NCBI GenBank assembly: GCA_039799905.1
Contig: JBDLRP010000008.1
Coordinates: 1-14,131, forward strand
Direction: 5' to 3'
Length of the DNA stretch: 14,131 nucleotides
DNA from: Pseudomonadota bacterium
GTDB lineage: Bacteria > Bdellovibrionota_B > Oligoflexia > Silvanigrellales > Silvanigrellaceae
Shown in pieces: positions 1 through 7,294 of this stretch. Numbering within the stretch: the first letter of the stretch is position 1; every line of letters starts with the position of its first letter. The notes under the pieces were generated by a model, which was given only the letters and a program-made list of their open reading frames with translations, had not been told where the DNA came from and searched no databases. The translations under genes were made by a program, and so were the position numbers.

Positions 1-909
1 GGCGCCGGATTTTTACGCTGGATTTATGGCAGAACTGCAATACACTTCGGCGCCGACGCCATCGATCTCGGGCGCGAGATCTATCAAAAAAAGAAGGCAG
101 GCACTCTCAAAGTCGACTCGACTCTGGTTGAGAAACTTCTTAAGACTCCGGTTCACATTGGCAACGATTTCGCGCTCGGATTCGTGACAGCTTTCGGCGG
201 GCTGAGCGCATTCCAAACTCTCCGCACAGATGTGGAGGGTAGGCAGTTCGGCAGTCAAGGCCTGCCGGAAGTGCGCACCCGAGCCGATGCCGCGCTTGGA
301 CTCGCAGCCCTTGCGGCCATTCCTGTGGGCGACAAGCTTGCCGTGGGTGCCTCCGTCAAACCATCCTACGCTGCCGAGACTTTCGAGACGATCGCGCTGT
401 CCGACTTTTCCGGTAGCGGTGCAAAACAAATGCTCGGCGACATCAAGGCCAACACTAAATACGGATTGGGCGTGTCGGTCGGTGTGGGAACGACCCTACA
501 ATTTCGCACTTCGAACTTTGACCTCAGGATTGCTGCGACAGGCGATGACGTCGGACAAACCAAATTCAGCTCAGGCGTCTCGCCTTGGAAACAAACGATT
601 AACGCGGGAATCGGCATCATTCCGCACACTCGCGGCAGTGCCGTTCACTGCGCCGCAGACCTGCGCGACCTCCAGCGTGCCTACGGTGAGCACTGGACCC
701 GCCGCTTCCGCGCTGGATGCAAAGTTCTTCTCGCTTCGCGGATCGGCATCGGCGGCGGCTATTATCAGGGCTGGCCGAGCTACGGCATTGTTGCAAACCT
801 CGTGTTACTGCGTCTTGAGGCGGGCAGCTACACACGTGAATTCGGCAGCGAAGCGGGAACGCGCGGCCGGCGGGTTTACTTTCTTGCAACGGGGTTTGAA
901 ATCCCATGA
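1..909 (+). CDS. TraF_2-like outer-membrane beta-barrel protein, 5'-truncated by the window edge
   Basis: Frame 1 is open from base 1 (GAGFLRWIYGRTAIHFGADAIDLG...) to TGA 907-909, so the ORF-track GTG start at 184 is internal. Alternating amphipathic strands, and a C-terminus GGGYYQGWPSYG...LEAGSYTREFG...GRRVYFLATGFEIP resembling TraF_2-type barrels. Family assigned by recognition, not by search. Confidence 0.6.
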   Translation, partial: GAGFLRWIYGRTAIHFGADAIDLGREIYQKKKAGTLKVDSTLVEKLLKTPVHIGNDFALGFVTAFGGLSAFQTLRTDVEGRQFGSQGLPEVRTRADAALGLAALAAIPVGDKLAVGASVKPSYAAETFETIALSDFSGSGAKQMLGDIKANTKYGLGVSVGVGTTLQFRTSNFDLRIAATGDDVGQTKFSSGVSPWKQTINAGIGIIPHTRGSAVHCAADLRDLQRAYGEHWTRRFRAGCKVLLASRIGIGGGYYQGWPSYGIVANLVLLRLEAGSYTREFGSEAGTRGRRVYFLATGFEIP

Positions 910-1580
910 CAAAATATTTGCCAAAAATCGCTGCATTTCTCCTGACTACAACTCTCGCCTGCGGACAAAACGTTGTCGAAAAATATGCGCCGGCAAATGA
1001 ACAAGAAAAAGCTGAACTCGACATGGAGAAAGACAATTACAGTGCCGCAGCTGAGAAGCTCAACCGAGTACTGGAAGCCGAACCGGATAATCACTCAGCC
1101 CGCAGCCTGCTGGCGGCTGCCTATGCCGCTCAAGCTGGAATCACAACCCTGGGGCTTATCAAAAGTGCCGCGGGTGTGCGCACTTCGGGCGGTACCGGGG
1201 CAAAAGCCTTCACCACCATCTTGACAACTGCGACCCTGGATTCTTTGGCCTTGATGGGGCTTGCCTGCGACGCAATGTCGGCCATCCCCAGCGAAAGCCG
1301 CACGACCGAAATGAAGCTCCAATATGGGTTGTTTTTTTCTTCGTATGCTTTCCTGCAGGTGAAGTACTTTGCGGACAATCCAGAAGCACTGGCGTCACTG
1401 TCTGCCGCGGATGCCGCCAAACTCATATTAACATTGGCGAAAGCCAGCGAAATCAGCGGCAGCTCTCCGCTCAGTACAGCCGCCGCAGCCTTTGCTACGA
1501 CCTTGGAGCAAGCCCCTGGAAGCAGTGTGGAAAAAGTCAAATTGGCCATCGGTGCAAATTCATCGGGCTCGGGTGGTTGA
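906..1580 (+). CDS. TPR-containing lipoprotein (224 aa)
   Basis: ATGA overlap with the upstream stop. Signal peptide with lipobox TLA-C at residue 19. TPR-like helix pair MEKDNYSAAAEKLNRVLEAEPDNHSARSLLAAAY, followed by an all-helical remainder. Confidence 0.7.
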   Translation: MTKYLPKIAAFLLTTTLACGQNVVEKYAPANEQEKAELDMEKDNYSAAAEKLNRVLEAEPDNHSARSLLAAAYAAQAGITTLGLIKSAAGVRTSGGTGAKAFTTILTTATLDSLALMGLACDAMSAIPSESRTTEMKLQYGLFFSSYAFLQVKYFADNPEALASLSAADAAKLILTLAKASEISGSSPLSTAAAAFATTLEQAPGSSVEKVKLAIGANSSGSGG

Positions 1581-1641
1581 ACCAAGCCCACCTCCGCGCT
1601 ATAGGTTTTCCAGTTGATTAAAGAAAGTGCGGAAGGAACCC

Positions 1642-2250
1642 ATGAGACTCTCCACTGAACAGCTTGAACGTTTGTCTGAACGCGTTTTTAAAGTGCTCAA
1701 AGCATCGGGCCACGTGGGATTCGACTACTCAACCGACGAAACCGTCGAAGATCGCGTCCTCGATGCCATCATGGACGTTCTTGAAGAAGACGCAAAAACT
1801 GAAGACCGCCTCTCGCGCGAAGCTGAACGTCTTGTTCAGCAGCAGAGCCACATTGCAAAAGCGTCCGGCAAGTCACTCGATGACTTGGTGGATGAAGTCA
1901 AAAGCCGACTTGCAAAGGCAAAACGTGTCACTCTCGGAGACGGCCCCGACCGCGCCGACACGCTTGCAGAAAAAGTTCTCAAAGCTGTGTGGAATGTTGA
2001 CGGCATCGACTTCTTCTCCGAGGACACAAAGGTGCAGAACTGCATCGCCCGTGCGATTCACCGCTTCCGTCACGACGATGAGCGCATGATCGACGCAGTG
2101 GAACGTCTTGCCGACCGCAAAACAAACGAAGAGCGCTACACCGCTTCTTGGTGCCTCGCATTCGACCGCTACCTCAGCGAAGTCAAACAAAAAATCGCTG
2201 CGGTTCAAACCGGAGCCGGCGAAGTCAAAACAGCTGGTACGCTGGGCTAA
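1642..2250 (+). CDS. DUF507-family protein with two tandem DUF507-like units (202 aa)
   Basis: ATG 1642 preceded by GGAAGGA. N-terminus MRLSTEQLERLSERVFKVL...EDRLSREAERLV...VKSRLAKAKRVTL is typical of DUF507. The second half repeats the pattern (LAEKVLKAVW...D...V...I...EVKQKIA). Confidence 0.65.
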   Translation: MRLSTEQLERLSERVFKVLKASGHVGFDYSTDETVEDRVLDAIMDVLEEDAKTEDRLSREAERLVQQQSHIAKASGKSLDDLVDEVKSRLAKAKRVTLGDGPDRADTLAEKVLKAVWNVDGIDFFSEDTKVQNCIARAIHRFRHDDERMIDAVERLADRKTNEERYTASWCLAFDRYLSEVKQKIAAVQTGAGEVKTAGTLG

Positions 2251-2267
2251 TCGAAAGGACGCTGAGA

Positions 2268-5200
2268 ATGGAGGTTGCCGCCGCTCCCGCATCACCGGAG
2301 TTCGTGCACCTCCACGTTCATTCCGAATATTCTCTCCTCGACGGCAGCATCAAAGTTAAAAAACTCGTCAAAGAACTTGCGAGCCGCAAGGTCAGTGCAG
2401 CCGCTCTGACAGATCATGATGCGCTCCACGGTGCCGTTGAATTTTATCTCGAATGCCAGAAGGAAAAAATAAACGGCATCATCGGATACGAGGCAAACGT
2501 CGAACCGCTGTTGCTCACCACAAACAAAAACCCTTTCCATCTGGTGCTGCTGGCCGAAACCAATGAGGGCTATGCAAACATCATCAAGCTTTGCTCACTT
2601 GCGAACACTGACGGCAAAAATGCAATGGGCAATGAGTCAATTGTCGTCAGCTGGCAGAATCTGCGCAAGCATGGCGCCGGCATCATTTGTCTGACCAGTT
2701 GTCTCAAAGGCGAGCTCCAGCAACTTTTGCTGGACGGCAAAACTGCAGAGGCAGAGCGATTTCTCGACGAGCTGACCACCACCTTCGGAATGCAAAACGT
2801 ATTCGTCGAGCTGATGGACAACGGCATTCACGAGCAAAAAATACTTCTCCCGCAGCTGGTCGAGCTGGCGCGCAAAAAATCACTTGGAATTGTTGCGACA
2901 GCGGACGTGCATTATCTGAAGCCAAGCGACCGCGACACTCATCTTTCGCTTTTGGCAATCAAACACAAGTTGCAGAAATCAGACGTTCAGGGATTCGATC
3001 CCGCATATCATTTCCATCTTGCCACGCACGACGAGATGATTGCCAAATTCAGCAACTATCCAGACGCCATAAGCAACACAGTCAGGATTGCCGAGCGCTG
3101 CAAGGTCACGGTCGACACCAAAAGCATTTTCATGCCCGACTACCGCCAACGGCCCGATGAATCGGCCGATGAATGCCTGGCACGCCTGTCGCGCGAAATG
3201 CTTGAACAGCGCAAAACAGCAGTCATGCAATGGATGGGTGAAAGCTTTACTGACGACGTGTGGAAAACCTATCACGAGCGTCTTGAATACGAGCTAGACG
3301 TCATCAATAAAATGAAATTCGCCGGCTACTTCCTGATCGTTCAGGACTTCATCAACTGGGCCAAAGAACGTGATATTCCCGTTGGTCCTGGGCGTGGTTC
3401 GGCAGCCGGAAGTTTGGTGACGTACGCGCTGCGAATCACCAACATCGACCCTATCCGCTTCAATCTTCTGTTCGAGCGATTTCTCAATCCGGAACGTATC
3501 AGCATGCCGGATATCGATACAGACTTCTGTATGGACCGGCGTGCCGAGGTTCTCGATTACGTCTACAAGCGTTATGGCGGGCGCAACGTTTCACAAATAG
3601 TTACCTTTGGCCGCCTTATGGCCAAAAACGCACTCAAGAATCTCGCCCGTATTCTGGGCTGGAGCTTTTTCGACAGCAACGAATTTGCAAAGCTGATTCC
3701 CGAGACGCCGGGAATTACACTTGAGCAGGCGTTCAAAGAAGAAGAAAAACTGCGAGAAAAAGTCGAAAACGAGGAACGCACACGAATTCTTTGGGAAGGC
3801 GCGCTGGCCATCGAGGGCACTCTCAACTCGTTGGGTATCCACGCCGCCGGCGTGATCATCTCCGACCGTGCTTTGGATGAAAGCTGTCCGCAGCTCGAGT
3901 CCGAAGGTCAGATGATCACACAGTTCGAGCACAAGTTTGCGGAAAAAATTGGTCTCATCAAATTCGACTTTCTCGGACTCAAGACCCTTACGGTAATTGA
4001 AAAAGCCGTTCAGGAAATCCGCAAAAAGCACAAACCGGACTTCAATATTGAAAACATCGACCTCGAAGACCCCAAAGTCTACGACATGGTTTCAACGGCG
4101 CATTTAACAGGTATCTTTCAGCTTGAGTCGAGCGGAATGCGAAAACTCATTTCCGAGCTGAGGCCGACGTGTTTCTCCGATATTGTCGCCGTTGAAGCGT
4201 TGTTCCGACCAGGCCCGCTGGGCTCCGGCATGGTTGCCGATTTTGTCAACAGAAAGCACGGCAAGACGGCAGTTGAATACCCGTTTGCAGAACTTGAGCC
4301 GATTCTCGCCGACACTTATGGAGTCATCGTTTATCAGGAACAGGTACAAAAGATTGCAGCTGTTCTGGCCAACTACACGCTCGGCGAGGCCGACCTCCTA
4401 CGCCGTGCCATGGGCAAAAAAGACAAAGCTGAAATGGAGCGGCAAAAGGCCCGCTTCGTCGAGGGTTCAGCCAAGAATGGCCACAATCCCCAGCGGGTTT
4501 CGGAGTTCTTTGATCTCATCGCAAAATTTGCAGAATACGGCTTCAACAAAAGCCATTCGGCGGCATATGCATACGTCACATTTCAGACCGCCTACCTAAA
4601 AACATACTACCCAACCGAATTCATGGCAGCGATCATGTCATGCGATTTGGATAACACCGACAAAATTGTTTCCTACGTCCGCGACTGCAAGCGAATGAAC
4701 ATTACGCTGCTTCCGCCGAGTGTGAACTCAGCCGAATTCGAATTCACAATTCCAACGGCGGGCACAATCCAATTCGGACTTGGGGCTATTAAGGGCCTGG
4801 GCCAAGGAATCATTGACCTCATCACTCAAGAACGTGAACAAAATGGACCATTTGAAACGGTGCCTGAATTCATCGCCCGTCTTGACCCAAGAAAGATCAA
4901 CAAAAAGGTTCTCGAAAGTCTTATCAAGGCGGGGGCTTTCGACGAAATTGCAACAAACCGCGCTGAACTGCTTGCCAACTGTGACCACTGGTTGCGGGCT
5001 ATTTCCAAGGAGTCTGAACGGCAGGACAGCGTCGGTGACGGAATTTTCGATCTATTTTCGGCCACCAGCGATGAACCGGTGCCTTCCGCAGCGGCCACAA
5101 AACCCAATCCGACTGCGGCGAAAAACTCACGCAATAAACGCTCGGCCGGACAAAATCGATTCAACCCGCTCGCGTTGCCAACGCGTCTGACGCCCGAAAA

Positions 5201-5975
5201 AACCACTGTTCAGAATCTCCTTGCGGGTGTTCAGCTGAAAAAAGTCGGTCCTTGGTCTTTGCTGGATCAACTCAACCACGAAAAAGCAACCTTGGGTTTT
5301 TACATGTGCGGACATCCAGCCGATCTGCTTGCGGATGACTTGGCTGAAATAGCCCAGGCACCCGTCTGTGACGCACTCAATTTCCTCGACGGAGATGATG
5401 TGCCGGATCACAAACGGCGCACTCTCAAGATTGCGGGCATCATCAGCATGGCTCTCGAGAAGGTCACAAAGGAAGGGAAGAAGTTCGGCGTCTACCGTCT
5501 CGAAGATGGCAGCGGAGAAATCGAGGTTTCGGTATTCGCATCGCAATACGCGGCACTCATCAACAAACCCAAGGTCGGTGACGCCGCATGGATGGAAGTC
5601 AAAGTTCGCAAGGGAATTGAAGAGGGAAGCGTGAAAGGAGTGTGTCAGGCACTGGGACATGTGGCCGACAAACGAGCGGAACTCACCAGACAAATCCTCC
5701 TTGTTGCCGAGGAAAGTTTCATTCAGAAAAACGAAAACCTTGATGAGCTTGTTGCACTCTTGAGTAAACACAAAGGACAGACACCTCTGGCACTCGACGT
5801 CAGCTGGCCAACAGAAAATGTGCGCATCAGGGCGAAACTTGGAAAATTCTCAGTCACGCCCAGCGACGACTTTATTTTCGGGCTCGAAAACAAATGGCCC
5901 GGTGAGATTCAGGTCAGAAGAATCTACCGAGCGAATCCCGCAGCAGAGAAAACTCCTTCCGCATTCAATCGATAA
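2268..5975 (+). CDS. dnaE: DNA polymerase III alpha subunit (1235 aa)
   Basis: PHP motif FVHLHVHSEYSLLDG, GPGRGSAAGSLV, LLFERFLNPERISMPDIDTDF, KFDFLGLKTLT, FAEYGFNKSHS, HhH and OB-fold regions. True start is ATG 2268 (AAGGA upstream); the ORF-track start at 2148 lies inside the previous gene. Confidence 0.98.
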   Translation: MEVAAAPASPEFVHLHVHSEYSLLDGSIKVKKLVKELASRKVSAAALTDHDALHGAVEFYLECQKEKINGIIGYEANVEPLLLTTNKNPFHLVLLAETNEGYANIIKLCSLANTDGKNAMGNESIVVSWQNLRKHGAGIICLTSCLKGELQQLLLDGKTAEAERFLDELTTTFGMQNVFVELMDNGIHEQKILLPQLVELARKKSLGIVATADVHYLKPSDRDTHLSLLAIKHKLQKSDVQGFDPAYHFHLATHDEMIAKFSNYPDAISNTVRIAERCKVTVDTKSIFMPDYRQRPDESADECLARLSREMLEQRKTAVMQWMGESFTDDVWKTYHERLEYELDVINKMKFAGYFLIVQDFINWAKERDIPVGPGRGSAAGSLVTYALRITNIDPIRFNLLFERFLNPERISMPDIDTDFCMDRRAEVLDYVYKRYGGRNVSQIVTFGRLMAKNALKNLARILGWSFFDSNEFAKLIPETPGITLEQAFKEEEKLREKVENEERTRILWEGALAIEGTLNSLGIHAAGVIISDRALDESCPQLESEGQMITQFEHKFAEKIGLIKFDFLGLKTLTVIEKAVQEIRKKHKPDFNIENIDLEDPKVYDMVSTAHLTGIFQLESSGMRKLISELRPTCFSDIVAVEALFRPGPLGSGMVADFVNRKHGKTAVEYPFAELEPILADTYGVIVYQEQVQKIAAVLANYTLGEADLLRRAMGKKDKAEMERQKARFVEGSAKNGHNPQRVSEFFDLIAKFAEYGFNKSHSAAYAYVTFQTAYLKTYYPTEFMAAIMSCDLDNTDKIVSYVRDCKRMNITLLPPSVNSAEFEFTIPTAGTIQFGLGAIKGLGQGIIDLITQEREQNGPFETVPEFIARLDPRKINKKVLESLIKAGAFDEIATNRAELLANCDHWLRAISKESERQDSVGDGIFDLFSATSDEPVPSAAATKPNPTAAKNSRNKRSAGQNRFNPLALPTRLTPEKTTVQNLLAGVQLKKVGPWSLLDQLNHEKATLGFYMCGHPADLLADDLAEIAQAPVCDALNFLDGDDVPDHKRRTLKIAGIISMALEKVTKEGKKFGVYRLEDGSGEIEVSVFASQYAALINKPKVGDAAWMEVKVRKGIEEGSVKGVCQALGHVADKRAELTRQILLVAEESFIQKNENLDELVALLSKHKGQTPLALDVSWPTENVRIRAKLGKFSVTPSDDFIFGLENKWPGEIQVRRIYRANPAAEKTPSAFNR
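5892..5972. repeat. Copy 1 of an 81-bp direct repeat (last 27 codons of dnaE)
   Basis: aaatggcccggtgagattcag...gcattcaatcga aligns without gaps to 7205-7285 with 11 mismatches. Confidence 0.95.
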
Positions 5976-6109
5976 TCATTGCGCGGATTGGGACTCGCAG
6001 TGCGGAATCCAGAAAGTGTACATTGTCATTGTGGGAGTAAAAGCTCTATTCAGTCAGTAATGATAACTGGAAACCTTAGATAAGAAGAGATCCCCGCAGA
6101 GACGTCCCG

Positions 6110-6240
6110 TTGTATATCAAAACAAAAATTTGCAATTTTAAAATTAAAAATATCAGTTCGAGTGACTTTAATATAATAATTATAGTTATTTATAAATTTT
6201 TTTAATGTGCAGAAAAAAAACTCCGAAAAGCTTAAATAGA
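6110..6240. promoter_or_regulatory. Very AT-rich intergenic segment, probable promoter region of the hydrolase gene
   Basis: 22 G+C in 120 bp over 6121-6240 (about 18%), in a window of roughly balanced GC. TATAAT at 6172-6177 (+) and ATTATA at 6179-6184 (TATAAT on -). No good -35 box found. Confidence 0.5.
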
Positions 6241-6276
6241 AGGAATCAATCACCCATTCAGGAAGGAGTTAGGAAT

Positions 6277-7188
6277 ATGAAATCACTCAAAGCCAATTTT
6301 ACCGTCTTTCTTGCTCTCGCAGCAACTGCGTGCGGAAGCACATCCACCAAAGATCCACAGGTCTCGATTCCACCTGCCGACAGCAATCCGGCAGCACCCG
6401 CACCGGAAGTCAAGGAAGAGCAACTCGATCTGGCAAGTGGACAGTTCCAGACGACGATCCAGCACAATGATGTGAATGTGAAGCTCATCATTGACAAACC
6501 AACTACACCTTCTGCAGACGTGATGATGACATTTCACGGAACCGTTGAAACTGATGATAAAATCGTTGCCTCTGCGCAAAAAACTTTGGATGAAACCAAG
6601 AAATTGATTTCACGCAAAAATATTCTCTATATCAGCGTTGCATATCCCGAAGAAAATCTTCTCATGGGCGACAATCTCAAACATGCAGAGGCGGCTCTTC
6701 TGTGGGTCAAGCAAAAAGCCAATTCCGCATTGCGCATCAAAACGGAGCGCATCTTTTTGCTCGGCCATTCACAAGGCGGATATCTGGTCACGCGGCTCAA
6801 CAACCTTCACCCGACTGATGGCGTGATTGCCAATGCACCTGGACCATTGAACTTCAAGCTGCGTTGCGAACTTGAAGAGTCAGGGCAAATTCCCGCCAGC
6901 GGAAACTGCCAACGGATGAAAGCAAAATACGGCAGCACCAAAGACAATCCCGACGCTTATCTGGAACGTTCTTTGCTCTCGCATCTGACGGGCTTCAAGA
7001 GCAGAATTCTTTTCACTCAAGGGATGAGCGATGCAAAAATCCAACTCACCTCATGGCCAGTTCTGAAGGAAAAAGTCAAAGCCTGCAATAACTGTGCGGA
7101 ATCTGAATTTATTGAACTTGACGGCAAACACCCTGCTCTGTTCGATAATTCCAAGGGTCCAGATATCGTCAATGACTTTATTAAATAA
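6277..7188 (+). CDS. Alpha/beta-hydrolase fold lipoprotein (esterase/peptidase S9-like, 303 aa)
   Basis: ATG 6277 after GAAGGAG. Signal peptide with lipobox ATA-C at residue 19. FHG oxyanion segment, nucleophile GHSQGG, candidate Asp in QGMSD and His in DGKHP. Confidence 0.85.
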   Translation: MKSLKANFTVFLALAATACGSTSTKDPQVSIPPADSNPAAPAPEVKEEQLDLASGQFQTTIQHNDVNVKLIIDKPTTPSADVMMTFHGTVETDDKIVASAQKTLDETKKLISRKNILYISVAYPEENLLMGDNLKHAEAALLWVKQKANSALRIKTERIFLLGHSQGGYLVTRLNNLHPTDGVIANAPGPLNFKLRCELEESGQIPASGNCQRMKAKYGSTKDNPDAYLERSLLSHLTGFKSRILFTQGMSDAKIQLTSWPVLKEKVKACNNCAESEFIELDGKHPALFDNSKGPDIVNDFIK

Positions 7189-7294
7189 CAAATGGTTCTA
7201 TTGAAAATGGCCCGGTGAGATTCAGTTCAGAAGAATCTACCGAGCCATTTCCGCAGCGAAGAGAACTCTCACTGCATTCAATCGAACATTGTTA
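7186..7294 (-). ncRNA. Candidate structured element (outer stem plus two hairpins), favoured on the minus strand
   Basis: Hairpin A 7205-7250 (17 Watson-Crick pairs plus one wobble), hairpin B 7253-7275, and an imperfect terminal inverted repeat 7186-7205/7277-7294. Covaries with copy 1. RNA versus ssDNA function is unknown. Confidence 0.5.
7205..7285. repeat. Copy 2 of the dnaE-tail repeat, non-coding, between convergent genes
   Basis: 70/81 identical to 5892-5972. In the dnaE frame it reads KWPGEIQFRRIYRAISAAKRTLTAFNR but lacks the TAA. Confidence 0.95.

Noticed and set aside
2148..2267. N-terminal extension of DnaE from the ORF track
   Set aside because: It overlaps the DUF507 gene. ATG 2268 has an SD and lies just before the PHP motif.
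5058..5252. Intein in dnaE
   Set aside because: Too short, and no C-terminal HN-C/S/T splice motif or endonuclease motifs.
6050..6253. 67-aa minus-strand ORF in the AT-rich island
   Set aside because: Non-ATG start, F/I/N/Y-rich composition expected from AT-rich DNA, and no recognisable motif. A small gene or remnant cannot be fully excluded.
5892..7285. DGR template/variable repeat pair
   Set aside because: Mismatches are not confined to adenines of either copy on either strand, and there is no reverse transcriptase in the window.
7186..7294. Hammerhead ribozyme, purine or c-di-GMP-I riboswitch, or tRNA
   Set aside because: The three-stem shape and a GAAA are suggestive, but CUGANGA, the purine-aptamer junction sequences, the tetraloop-receptor motif and tRNA T-loop/acceptor features are absent.
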